From contig CM022677.1 of NCBI GenBank assembly GCA_012295275.1, positions 11,594,001 through 11,658,000 of the forward strand: a DNA stretch of 64,000 bases. The letters run 5' to 3'. Under the pieces are notes generated by a model. It saw nothing but the letters and a program-made list of their open reading frames with translations. It made no database searches and was not told where the DNA came from. Within the stretch, counting starts at the first letter, position 1, and each line of letters opens with the position of its first letter. This DNA is from Chrysomallon squamiferum. Taxonomy: Eukaryota > Animalia > Mollusca. Positions 13,524-26,713 of this stretch are shown here, piece by piece. The position numbers were made by a program, and so were the translations under genes.

Positions 13524-14103
13524 TTTTAAACTTCCAAATACAATTATTTTACGTCAATTTTCTGAACTTTTTATGATTTACACTGATAAAGATGGTTGTT
13601 CATATTACAAAACCGTGATCTCTTGCGCCTTTCCTAACTACTTTTTCAATCAAAATAAATGAAATAAATAAATAAAATAAATAAAAATAAATGAAAAACA
13701 TTAAATGAAATAGCAATTTTACAATAATTCTTCAAATAATAATATCACGTTAAATAAACAAAAAATACAGGAAAATGGTTAGTTAAAAGAAAAAGAAAAC
13801 GCAGGGAATGTTAATAAGCTGGTTCTGTCTGCTACAAAACATTATACAGAATTGGTTATTTTCATCTAAAAGCAACAAATCTAATTTACCGTCACCTCGC
13901 ATATGCGAGGAGTAATCTATTTCAGAAGTTCGTGGTCTAAGAGAAACAACTCTATTTAACACGCACGTTGGTAAATATACAAAAAAGATTGAGTGTTGAG
14001 TAAAATTAAAAAAAAAAAAAAAAAAAAAAAAATATTTCAAGTTGCCTGAATATAGATCATTCACTGAATTTACTAAATTCACTAAAATTATTTTATTTAA
14101 AAC

Positions 14104-14380
14104 TAGTATAAGTTGGGGTAATTCTGGCCTCAGGGCAATTCTGGCCTCCGAGGTATATTATGACTTGCAGCCGCTATACTGCATTTTGAAGTTTCAAAAG
14201 TGAGTGTGTTATTTTTTAGTCCTATAGACATAAGGTTAGTGATACATTATAAACAGGTAAACATATAATCGGTTTTTAAGTTCAGCAGAAGAAACTTGAT
14301 TAATATGTGATAATTAGGCAAGAAATATGCTTTTTATTTTACTCCACCACTTGGGGGGCAATAAAAATAAAATCAAAAGG
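14104..14380 (+). mobile_element. 5' end of pogo-like transposon inserted at TA
   Basis: TA|gtataagttggggtaattctggcctcagggcaattctggcc. Homology with the transposon-free paralog at 30160-30222 stops exactly at this TA. Confidence 0.65.
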
Positions 14381-14382
14381 CA

Positions 14383-14808
14383 TTGACAGAAGAAGAAAGT
14401 GTCAAGAGGTATGAAGAAGAGTTGAGCAGAGAAGAAGAAGAAGGAGGAAGAAAAGGCAAAGAAAGCAAATGTTTTAGAGGCAAAATTAAAAAAAAAAAAA
14501 AAAAGAAGATACCAAAGTCAAAACGGCAGTTCAATTTGAATGCTACAGCAGAACCGGTGGATGCAGCCAAAGAAAACGTTGATGGTGATGAGCCTGAACT
14601 AGAAGACAGAGATGTAGTAGATACACAAGAAAAATGTGATTTCTGTGACAGAGTTGATGATGGAATGAATTCTGACGAGTTCATAGGATGTGATGTGACG
14701 GGGTGCCCAAATTGGTATTGTCTTGATTCTTGCGCAAATCTTGAAATCCCAGCTGGTGCAGACTTTAAAGATATTGTATTCTTGTGTGATATTTGTCAAG
14801 GAGTTTAG
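14383..14808 (+). pseudogene. pogo-like transposase C-terminus with PHD finger, copy 2 (open 141 aa via compensating frameshifts, no ATG)
   Basis: LTEEESVKRYEEEL...CDFC...CDVTGCPNWYCLDSC...CDIC-QGV*. Confidence 0.7.
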
Positions 14809-16961
14809 TTTATTGAAGTTTTGAATTTGACTTGTATTATGATTAGGACTAATTATTTTAAAAATTGATTATATAGCAATAATCAGTACAACAAATTTGT
14901 TTTGAATGACTATTTTATTTATCATTTTAAGTAGTATTATTCAGTTAGTGTTGTTGTCTTTTATCGTTAATGTTAATGTCAGTATTACAGTCGTCATTAT
15001 AAAGAAACAAACAATTATCAACAAATAAAAGATAGATAGATAGACACACACACACAGACACAGACACACACATAGAAAAGAAATAGTTTGGTATACGTGT
15101 TTGCCTTAGAGGATAGTTATATACGAAAGTTCATATCAGTGAGATGGTGTTTATGTATATAGTTAAATAATAGACAGATAGATACATTGATTGACATAGA
15201 GATAGATAGACATTTTACATAAATGAACTTGTAAGAAAATGCTTGTACATGCATTACTATATAATATCACATTAACCTGGCTTTTCACAACTTTTCTTTT
15301 AATGGTAATTTTAATTATTCAGTTCAGTTTTTTTTTTTTTTATCTTTCTGTGTGTCTGTATGTCTGTCTATGGATTTATCTCTATATATGTCTGTCTGTC
15401 TCATTCTCCATCTATCTGTCTGTCTATTTGTCTATCCACCTACCTATCTACCTCTCAGATTACAGTGATAAGTGCAGGTAGCTGTAATTAAAACTTCAGT
15501 AAAAGAAATGATAAACACTGCAGAAAACATTGATAAGAAAGCAGCGATGATATTTTATCTCACTGGGAGGATTCTGTGTATGCCTAAAATACTGAAGGAT
15601 CTTAAATATTAATATTAACATTAATACATTTATTTATTTGTCCCTATAATGATGAACGCTGTTTACCACATATAATGTAACTGAACTACAATATTTATAG
15701 TTTATTTTTCTTCAACCGGACCTGTTTATAGTAATACATTTAAATTCAGCGAAAGAACCGTAATATTTTACATTTATATATAGCTCTCTAGATTATATCT
15801 ACTTGAATATTAATTGTCTAATTATCAATTTAATTTTTAGGGGAGATAACAGAATATCACTTTCTATAGTTAATTAAGAATTAATCTGTAATAGCGCAGT
15901 ATATTTACAGAACTTGTGTTATAATAAACAAGATTCATCTCGCGCATCCTCGCCTTTTCACTTTACTTTTAATAATAAAAACGTCTATTAATGTATCTCT
16001 ATATTCTAGACTTTTCTAGTATTTAAGAAAGATGTACTTGCAAATATCAATAACATGGTGAAGTTAATTCATCTTAATCTAGCCTCTCACCTCTCAACTG
16101 CAATTCTACTATCTCAATAATAAAAAAATGAGAATAATACGCATTATTAATCGTTGATTCATTATTCATCTTGTTAGACACGTTATACCTGTTAATGAAA
16201 AATTAAGCTTATTATAAACAACAGCAGAATTATATGTGCATATCGAGAACGCTTCCATACTAATGTGATATTGTATTTGTTTTATTATTCAAAATAAAAG
16301 TATGTAATACTGTTAATTGAAAAACAATACCTCTATTTTTCAATACACTGTGTTTTCAATACATAATATTACCGCTACGCCTCTGTTTACAACATAAAAC
16401 ATGTAACATAAATAGTGATGGCGGTACTGAAGTTGCGTCTTATTTTCATAACGCCGTGTAAAATTACTCCTACTTAGCTGTTCTGTGAAACAAGTTCTGT
16501 TAATAAAATATCACATTAGTATGGAAGCGTTCTCGATATTCACATATAATTCTACTGTTGTTTATAAAAACATGCTAACCTGGAAGCCCAATCTACATTT
16601 CTGAATGTACACGGTGTTTTCGCAGTAAAATCACACCTGTAATGTTTACTATATGCTACAGTAAACACATAAAACAACAACAACAACGACAACGACAGCA
16701 ACAATAGTAATATAAATAAAATAAAATTTTAATCTTTATTCGATTTGTTTACTTCTCAATATCCGTAAGACTTCAAAAGTTAACATCATCGCTCCAGTCT
16801 GGATGTCAATATATTTTTATGACGTAGCTATAGCTTCACACAGACAAGTAACCTGGAGATATCCACTTTTCAATCCTCTTTATTGACAAACAGAAGATAA
16901 AAAATAAAAAAAAAAAAAAAAAAAAAAAAAATGAAAAATGAAATGAGACAATTATTTGAGG

Positions 16962-17029
<68 letters not shown>

Positions 17030-18149
17030 AATAAATAAATAAACAAACAAATATTCACATCGTATAATAAAAACATTTTTTATAATTTAGTATGTAGGTG
17101 AGAGGTGTATATTGAATGTATTAAATGGGCTTCTGGATTTTTTTTGATATTTTTTTTTAATCACCAATGTATGACTATACTTGAAAAGGTGAGAAGAGGA
17201 TAGATTAATAATATGACATTTTATAACTTGAAACATTACTTATATTTACTAACGCAAAATGCGCAAGATAAATATTTTGTTTTATAGAAGATCAGTGGAT
17301 AATCAGAATTATTGCGCGCGCTTGTGGATTAACGTCATTTTTTTTATTGACTGTATTAGAAACAAAATCACATTATTATTACAGATAAAACTAAATCGCT
17401 AAAACTGTGAATAAAAAACAGAACATAATGTGCTGCAGTGAACTAGAGTTATGTACCCTTTTTTCAACAGTAGCTGTAGAGCTGATACTTAGCGACTTAG
17501 ATTTCCAGATTCATAATATTAACAAAAGACTTTTTTTTTTTTTTTTTTCGTTTTATTTTCTTTTCTCGCTCTCTTCCTGACAGTAGTAGTGATAGAAGAA
17601 AATATATTTTGTTTACTTCCAGACAAAGCGGTATATGTATTTTAGGAAATATACTTTTTCTAAGCAGAAGAACGATGAAGGTGATTTTCAATAATTACAC
17701 CACAGACTGTGTTTTTAATTACATTTTTCTGGTGTCTGTCTGGATAACATGTGTTTCATTAAAAGTTCTGCTGTCCAGTTTTGTTCTCCCAAAAGTCAAG
17801 TCATGATACAAACCGTATTTGAGTATTTACTGAAACATGAAACTTTGACGTACAGTGTAGTTTTCTATGGACAAATTGCTGGACGGAATTTACGTTCTAT
17901 AAATTAACAAGATTTCAGTTTTATAAACTGAGATCTAACCAAAAATAGCTTGAAATATTATGAATACCACTATTTACACTGATTATCTTTAATTGAAATA
18001 AATAAATAAATAAATAAATATAATTTTAATTGTAATACCGACTGCACAATTTACATAATGGATGTTGGATATTAATAGCATCATTATATATGTATTTGAG
18101 ATGGGCTAGTTTAATCTGATATTTTAAAAGCTTCAGGTAAGATTGTATT

Positions 18150-18566
18150 TTTTATGAAGCAAAATAGAGGTAAAACATAACAGAACCTCACGTTATTTTC
18201 ACTAAGTATCAATAAACATCGCTAGTTTTATATATAAAATGTGAATTACTACCCGATTATAAAACAGAAAGCTTAGCTTATCTCTATGAATTTTAATTTT
18301 AATGTCGTTTCCTTTGCAAACTCAAATTTTGTGATTCAAGTATATCTAGTCATTAAGTTATGTATGTCTGAATTTAGAAGTCCAGCGCTGAATGCCACTA
18401 TAAAATAAAAGGTCAGATCCCTATAAATGTGATATTTGATTAACAGCAGAACAGATTACATTAATTCACATTACTACATAAAACCAGCGACGTTTATATT
18501 ATAAATTGATACTGAGTGAAAATAATGTGATATTTTATTAAATTTTTCCTCTATTTTGCATCATAA
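18150..18566. mobile_element. MITE-like foldback element (~100-bp imperfect inverted termini)
   Basis: ttatgaagcaaaatagaggt...ttattttcactaagtatcaataaacatcgctagtttt is the reverse complement of aaaaccagcgacgttta...attgatactgagtgaaaataa...cctctattttgcatcataa. Copy at 41050-41553. Confidence 0.65.
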
Positions 18567-18811
18567 CAAATATTGATAATTTCATGTACATTTTATTCTA
18601 CTAGGAGAAATCTTATATAGTTAATATTATACTTTGTAAGTTACATCATAGAAAACATGCCTGTCCTCCTGAACTAGTGTTTTATGAGATATGAGGATAT
18701 TTTCAGTTAGCTAGTCGAAATATATCATTTATTTAATCCTATTAAACCATAACAATAATGTCTTTACTATCAAGTAATTAATAATGTTTCTCCTCCAGTT
18801 ATAAGTAAAAT

Positions 18812-19222
18812 TTGACAAATGAACAGTTAATGTTAGCTCGTGGACTAGAACGTGCTCCGAACAGAAGGAAAAAGTATTTAAGTATATCAAAACTTAGGAA
18901 AGAAAAGAGAAAAGAAAATGGCAGAGTTAAAGAAAAAACAACTTTCGATGGGTCTGTCGTGGTGAAGACGTTATTAAAGTACGACAGCGACATCGTTTGA
19001 AATGTCGATACCATTGCAATATCAAAAACCGCTTCTAATTCTTAAGCCTGCTAAAGAAGAGATTCTGCATTTCTCACCGAAAATTGTTCTCTATCATGAT
19101 TTTATCAGTGATGCTGAAATTGAAGACATTAAAACAGTTTCTATGCCACTTTTAAAAACATCTGAAATCAGTTGTTAGCAAAAGCAGCTTTTGCAATTAA
19201 TGTTAAACTTGGAGGTCATGAC
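18812..19222 (+). pseudogene. P4HA: Prolyl 4-hydroxylase alpha subunit fragment, intronless, frameshifted
   Basis: Across frames: LTNEQLMLARGLERAPNRRKKYL / FRWVCRGEDVIKVRQRHRLKCRYH / PLLILKPAKEEILHFSPKIVLYHDFISDAEIEDIKTVSMPLLK. Matches P4HA YEMLCRGE...KLFCRYH...FILAPAKQE...PRIIRFHDIISDAEIEIVKDLAKPRL. Trailing VSKSS and LGGH may be deleted remnants of RVSKSAWL and YGxGGHY. Confidence 0.85.
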
Positions 19223-21345
19223 AGAGAAAGAAATAAAAAATAAAATAAAATAAAACTTTAAAAAAAAACCAAAACGCAATCATCAATGACAGACTTTTCA
19301 TCCTCTGACAACTGATAGACCATTAACATTTCTAATAAAAAAAAATTTCCCGTTTTATGTAAACTGATATTCCTGGAACGTAGCCACACATTTACATTTA
19401 TTACTCATTATACAGCTATATACGACGTTTCGTTATCAGCGATTTTCTGTGGTGTGCAATGACGTACACCAAGAACCCCACTAACAGAAGAAAGAAAGAA
19501 TATTACTTTCTTGAAATGTTTTTTGCTTTTTTCGGGTGTCTTTTCCTGGCGCGCTGAAAAGTTAAATAAAAACATATGAAAGTAAATATGTTTTAATATA
19601 TTTGTGAAATTTCAATTGTACTGTGGTAACATTTCTTTTGATTATTAATATTAATGTGTGTGCGTGTGTGTGCGTGTCTGTTTAGAACTGTATTAAAGAG
19701 TGATTAATGTGAATCAAGTGAAAAGTGACACAATGTAATGAAATAATAAGTCAAGACAAACACATTTATGTTGTTAGGTTATGAAATGACTAAATACATG
19801 AAGATTAACAATGATAAACGATTTTATTACAGCATATTTATATTGTGTTAGCGTCTGTAAAGATAAAAAGGAGTAAAGGAGGTGACTAGGGAAATGTTTC
19901 TCCACCTCAGTGTGGTCAGACAGTCAATGCTGTCATAAAACAGACAGGAACAAATTAATTTAAAAAACTAACTTACAAAAATCCCTTTTTTTAATTTACT
20001 AGAATGGTCGCTGTGAAATAAACATTTAAAATTTACATTTGTATTAAAATATATAAAATTTGACAAAAAATAATAAAATAAATAAGAGCTAATCTGACAG
20101 CGGTATACATCGTGCACAAACAAAGAAAAGAACATATTAAAACTTTTCAAGTGTAGTAACACTCGGTGGAAAAGTTTAAAAAAAAAAATAAATAAATAAA
20201 TAAATAAATAAATAAAACCTTTATAATTCAATAGCACTGGATGTAGATGAAAACAATATGTCGTTGTAGCAAGACTGAATATCAAATTACATTTTACTTT
20301 TTCATAATTTAAATATTATTATTTCAGTGCTTAAATCGAATTGTCATCATTTTATTATCTTTATACATCTTTCATATCTACTATCATTTACTATTATTTT
20401 CTTTTACAACAAAATTTAAAACATAGTTCTGAATTGTTATTTTTTTTCGAGATTTAAAATAATTTAAAAGATTATTTTAACGACGTTTTTAATTTATCTT
20501 GCGTTTTCGTTTTTTTGGATGAATTGGTTCTTTTGCATTCAAAGACGTATCTGAAATAAACCATGCCTATGTCAAACACTGACAGTTCACCCCTATACAA
20601 ACATCTGTTAAATAATTTTATCAGAACAAAAATCGTTTGGTGAGCCCATATATTATATATGTCACTATTCTGATTTATGTTTATGGGCTTCTTTTTATTC
20701 CTGTTTGTTTATTTCTCCATTTTTTAAGAAACACTTGAAGCATTTCAAAATTTGAGACCATTTCAAATGAAATAAAATTCAAATATGATTCTTGTCTCAC
20801 CTTTATCAGGATGTGGATCAAACAGTTTTTCTTTTGGGATTTTAATTCGGTAGCTTTAGAATAAAATAAAATAAAATAAATATAAATGAATAAATAAAAA
20901 CAATAAAATAATTAAAAAAAGACACACACACACACACACACACACACACCGATACCTAAACTAACATTTATTTTTATAAATACAACAAATCGTAAAACAA
21001 TCAAATTCTTTTGCTAAAAACTATTGAAATAAGCTATCGTTTTCTTCAAAACGATTGCGTTTTTCAGCTATGGATTTCTATTTAAAAATGACGAAAATGT
21101 TCAACTAAAGATTTGCAGTGACGTAGATATATAGTGGCGGGAAATATAAATATGTCGACTAGACATATTTCAGATCTATCTTGAGAAAATATCAAACCCA
21201 GCGTTAGGCCTGTAATTCCCAAACATATTTGTAACTACCGTCAATGTTTTTAGATATGTATATGCATAATGATGGGAAATAGTGGATGCAAAATGGGCTA
21301 TAGATAAAGGGATTTCAGCAGTTGTTATCTACAAAAAAATATCCA

Positions 21346-21416
<71 letters not shown>

Positions 21417-21743
21417 CCACACAAACATCATCATTTATATATGTGATTGTTTTTATGTATTATGCATATATTTGGAAGTAGAAATCGGGTTAGCTTTGGA
21501 ATTTTATTTTATTTTAAAAAATAATCATTTTCTAATTTCATTAGAATTTATTTAATGTGTATAAGAGAGTGCTTTGTCCGGTTGGATACAGAAGCATTCG
21601 GGATTGTACAGAAATATTTTTAATCATATTTTGTATACACAAGAATGTATATCGCCAAATATAACAATTAAATCTGCTTTTTTAACTATCAAAGACGTTG
21701 TTTGAAATGTTCTCTTATGGTTGTCTTCGTTCGCAAAAGTTAA

Positions 21744-21832
<89 letters not shown>

Positions 21833-21883
21833 CATACTAGTGGTAATATATGCCAAATAGAGGAAAATTATTAATGAATTAAT

Positions 21884-21953
<70 letters not shown>

Positions 21954-22086
21954 TAAATAAATCATGTAGACTGTCTAAAACCTTTTTATGAGGATGCTAA
22001 TGATCTACCTTTTATTTTTTTATTTTGTCTTGAAAGTGAACACCTTCCAATATTTCTTATGTGTAATGTATTTATTTCTAATGCAG

Positions 22087-22344
22087 GAAAATTTGAACAT
22101 GAACAGAAGTTTAAATGTTTTACAACAAATATAAAGAAAGCTAACAAAGGGTTGAGAAATGGAAAAATGATCAGTTAATTTTACTTGAATTCTTTCAGTA
22201 GATGTTTTCACTTGTCACCAGTAATCTATGTTTAGTTACAACGGGAAGGTCTACGTTGTTCAAGGCCACCGAGAGACGTCCTGTCCGTCTCTTTACAATA
22301 ATCTCTTACGTCTACAAATCGTGCTGGGGATGGGTATTGAAATT
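22087..22344 (+). pseudogene. Decayed exon, possibly ParB/sulfiredoxin-like fold
   Basis: Flanked by ttctaatgcag acceptor and gtaagt donor. GLRNGKMIS...MFSYNGKVYVVQGHR...YVYK weakly resembles the G-x-Y-x-x-x-GNRRL motif. Confidence 0.25.
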
Positions 22345-24632
22345 GTAAGTTTCAAAACGTCTTTTATTTATATGAGAACTTAAAATTACTTTAGAGATTA
22401 TCAGTTATATTATTAAATAAACATGGAATTTCATTCTTGATTAAGTTACTTTTCTCAGATATCTTATATATTCTTAATTACATAATTTTATAAACTTGAA
22501 TTTTAGATTAATCATGTAATTTCATGTAGGGAGAGATGTAAATTGTGTCGCGGAATGTCATGTTACTGTGGTCATAAAACAAAGTATCACATTGTGACAC
22601 TGAAAGGTGCACAGTTAATTTTCAGTAAATTCAATACAGTAATAAATACAGTATTCATCTAGCACTTCACGCGTTTCTGTATAGTCTTATTATTGTTAAT
22701 AATAAAATAACTTATTATTAAAGACCATAATTAATCAGTATATAAGGACATTAATTTTTTTGGAAAAAAAAAATTTAATATTAATATTAATAGTCGTTTA
22801 TAATAAAATATTTCCTTTTTCTGAGGCCTAGAATTGTTTTTGATCAGAGGACTGGTAAATTCATAATAAACAACAACAAAATTCGGTCGATCTGTTTTGT
22901 CATATGTTAGCTGAAGGCGTTTTTCAGGTTTCTGAATAAAAACCAAACATTAAATCTAAAACCAAGGGTTTATTTTAATATTATCACCGAAAAATATAGG
23001 AGGAAAATGTATATACGCAATCTGTGCGGGTGTGTGTATGTGTGTGTCCATATGTATCTGTCTGTATAAAAATGTTAAATTATCCTAATGTGAAAAAGGA
23101 CTCAGTATTTTTATTGAAATGTACGCAAACTAATAAAAACATGTTCCTTATACCAGTTCAGGTCTTTTGTTTTATGATTTACAGTCAGCGATAGATTACT
23201 GTTACAGAAATGTATCAACATTATTAATTGTAAACAACAAATGTATATTTCTCTGTTCAAAAGACAGCAGGTACAGATCTAGGTGTGGTGATTTAACATA
23301 TTTGTGTGATGAGAAAATACCCCACATGTTCTTTTACACCTCTACCATATAACACTTTCGATTTATTTTTGTTCTCTCACACTCACTGCCTGAAATAAAA
23401 AATAACAGTTACGAAGTAAAATTTCTCAAACAGATTGTCATAGAATTTTATAGTATTTTTAAAGATTGGGTAAGAGAGAGATAACGATGAAGGCACCGAG
23501 AAAGATACAATGAGATAGAGAAAAAAAATAAGGAAGATGATCAAAGAGAAAGAAATAAAAAAGTTTAGTCAACAGAAGACCGCAAAGCGGGATCGCATTA
23601 TTAAATTTGTTTTTTCTTTTTTTTAATATTTTTTTTACTACATTAGTTTTCTGAGTAAAGACCAAACTTTAATTTTAAAAGCAAGGGTTCATCTTAATAT
23701 TATCGCCGAAAAGAATAGGAGGAAAATGTCAAAAAATAAATAGATGAGTATTTTAAAGACGTTCTTTGATTCAAATGGAAATTTTTATATTTAATCATTT
23801 CAATATTGAAAAATAAGCGAGAAAGATATAATGAGAGAGCGAGAAAAAAAAATAAGGAAGATGACCTAAGAGAAATAAATAAAAGTGAAATCGAAAAGGT
23901 ACAAAAAACCAACAACATTCTGTCTTTTTCCTGAGACTGTGTACAAACTGATAAAGTTCCTCACTTATTACAATCAATCATTAATCATTCTGCTGTGGTA
24001 ATACAAAAAACAATCTCTTATAATATATTTTTAAAGAAAGGTTCAACTTTCGTTGTTGTTTTTTTGACCCGCCACATCCAAAATATTACTTCGTTTCCTG
24101 TCAGAGTATGAAGACGTTCATTAAAAAATAAAAATGATAAAAATTAATATTAAGAAATTAAAATAAAATGAAATCCGAGTGAAATATTCGATAAAAGAAA
24201 ACACACACACAAACACACATGCACTTGCACACATTTTGTGTTATGGTTAATCTTTAAACTAACAGGTCTCAGCTTATATTCAGAATTAATTATGAATTAC
24301 TACACTGTTTAACCAATATTTTAACTAGCACTATTTCCAGAAAATATCTAAAATGTGCTTAGACTATATTTTATTTTACTGAATATCAGCTAAACACAAT
24401 TGTTAGCAAAGCTAACAGTAATAAAATACACTTTAATATCATAAAAGTATCACTATTTTATTTTATTTTATTTTATTTTTTTTTTTTTTTTTTTTTTTTC
24501 ATCTTTTTTTTTTTTTCTCTCTTTTTTGGCTTGGGTTTTGTGACGTCAGTTATGGGCTGTGAAGACAGTGTTATTGACGTTCCTACACAAAATAGCTGAA
24601 AATTTCGTAAACGAACGTTCGTAAAGGAAACT

Positions 24633-24733
24633 CGTAATCTTATAATCTTTTAAAGTCACTTCATCTGCTGAAACTGATAATTTAATAAGGTAAGAGTTTC
24701 TTCACCATATATAAGAAATATCAGATTCTTGTA
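24633..24733 (-). pseudogene. DVL: Dishevelled-type DIX domain N-terminal fragment, copy A
   Basis: GEET(1-nt deletion)YLIKLSVSADEVTLKDYK vs Dishevelled [23 protein letters not shown]. Confidence 0.7.
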
Positions 24734-25075
24734 GCCCTATTCTTGGAGTATCAAGCAACAGTGCTAGAACAGTTTTGGAAAATTCACTAATCGTAACGAC
24801 AAACGTCAGCCATTTTTTCTTTTTTCTGTTCCGTATAATTACAATATCAATCCAAGGTTGACTGAGTAGAGATCGGATACATAACTGATCAGTCCTTATC
24901 ACTTACTAGATGTAAATTTTCTAATTGTTTGAAACACAATAGTAATTAATTGATGAAAGCATATTGTGAGTGCTTGATTAATAATTTTGTTCAGTTCGAG
25001 ATGAATGTTATTCACTTTGTTAGTAACTACACATTCTTGTCTTCTTTAATTTTACTTACAGACAAATAATGATTA

Positions 25076-25107
<32 letters not shown>

Positions 25108-25692
25108 ATGGAAAATAAACTAGGCAGTTGCTGTTTTAGTTATTATCAGCTGCATTTTACAGTATTTTATTTTTTCCTGAACCTTCATCTGTCAACTTTT
25201 TTTCAGCTGTTCTGTCATGTTGTCAGTAGCAGTGATGTGAGTACTTTTCTTAATTTGTCTTTTGAATGAGAAAGATTTGGGGCAGTTAATTATTTTAATT
25301 ATAATCTTTCTTTGTTTTTCAGTATTTTTTATTGAAATTCTCTTAACTCCAGGTTAACATTTGAACTTTTGTATAAAATCGGGAAACATTTCACACAAAA
25401 AACAGAATATTAAAAATAGTTTTTACACATGCTAGAATTAATACACATTTCTAATTGTAACTAAGAAATAAATAAGAATTACATGACAAATAATGTTTTT
25501 AAAAATGAAAAGGAAACAATCTTTTAATTGGTAATTATAACAAATGTGTGTAGTTAAGTAAGTTTAATTAATGTGTTTCACATACAAGTGTTTCAGAGTA
25601 CTACTGGTGATGTAGCCTGTCTCCATTACCAGATTGGCAGCCATGTTCCAGCTTGATTCAGAAAAAAGGCAGGTGATAAATATATATTTAAA

Positions 25693-25749
<57 letters not shown>

Positions 25750-26182
25750 CATAATAATGACTGTTAAGCAATCACTAACTGAAAAAAAAAAAAAAAAATA
25801 AAAAAAAAAGAAATAGAAAACTATAGAACTTGAATAAAGTAAATAACAAAGAAAAAAATAAAACATTTTCAAAAATACGTTATAAAATATGCACAAGATG
25901 AACATATGGTTGCAATGATGGCTTGGATTTCATGTGATGTCTTTCTCTACTTCCATTTGAAAAAAGAAAATGAAGTGATGCATAAAACATTCTTATAGCA
26001 TTGGTGTCTTTCTTATTGTTTTTGTATAGTTATTAAATGTAGCAGTTTTTTAAAAATTAAATTACATTCATTTTTACTGAGGGGAATGAGAGAGAACTAC
26101 ATTTGGATGTTTAGTGTAATTTTGTATATTGAAACTGTAATATGGAAATTTAATATCATACACTGCCTGTTTTTTCTTTCAG

Positions 26183-26250
26183 AACCAGTTCTGGATGACA
26201 ACAAAATCATCTCTTTGATGACAGGTGCCAACAAAAGGGAACAAAGTCTG
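26183..26250 (+). pseudogene. Tiny exon-like fragment resembling dynein heavy chain (VLDDNK motif)
   Basis: ttttctttcag acceptor, then PVLDDNKIISLMTG vs dynein HC TVLDDNKKLCLMSG; very short. Confidence 0.25.
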
Positions 26251-26713
26251 TACTAGTAGTAACAGCTTGTTGTTGTTGATGATGATGATGTTTTGTTCTG
26301 GTTATGGAAATATTTGAAACTGTCAGCCACTATGCTTTATATAACTTTATATTTTCATGATTTTTGTTTTGTACAGTAGGTGCAAAGAGAATATGCAAGA
26401 TAGAATATGTAACTGTTGTGTTGCAGGTACCAAAATTAAAATATCCAAACACTTTCAGACATCTTAATCTCTTTCTCTTTATTTTCTGCGAAAGTTAAGT
26501 ATTTTCAAAATGTTCACACTAGCTAATTCATCTCTGAAAGTAGTGTTTTATATGTGTTCCTTTTTATATTTCTAAATCTTCAGCCAGTTAGTACAGCACT
26601 GACAATCAAAACAATATAATATTTAAAAAAAATCCACAATTTGAAAAGCTTACAGCATTGTTAAATATGACATTCTAATTTCATTTTTATTTTTAAAATT
26701 CTTCACAAAATGT

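Larger units (their letters stand above)
11065..17752. repeat. Right arm of large imperfect inverted repeat (partner 1-5890)
   Basis: Reverse complement of 1-5890. Extra segments (e.g. ~11295-11525, ~15190-15885); lacks ~4170-4575 of the left arm. Confidence 0.95.
9315..18812 (+). repeat. Segmental direct repeat, copy 1 (partner 31187-41801)
   Basis: Starts cataggcatctttaaaagttgattc and ends aatgtttctcctccagttat(a/c)agtaaaattt in both copies; collinear throughout. Confidence 0.95.

Noticed and set aside
1-17752. Palindrome as a sequencing fold-back artefact
   Set aside because: The arms differ by many substitutions and by reciprocal indels of hundreds of bp, unlike a chimeric read. A haplotype misjoin is not fully excluded.
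19170-19222. Argonaute motif INVKLGG (QLLAKAAFAINVKLGGH)
   Set aside because: Only 7 matching residues, no other PIWI-domain sequence, and equally explicable as a collapsed P4HA LQVANYGxGGHY remnant
20785-20840. DnaJ J-domain (HPDKG)
   Set aside because: Only the short motif matches; the helix II spacing does not fit
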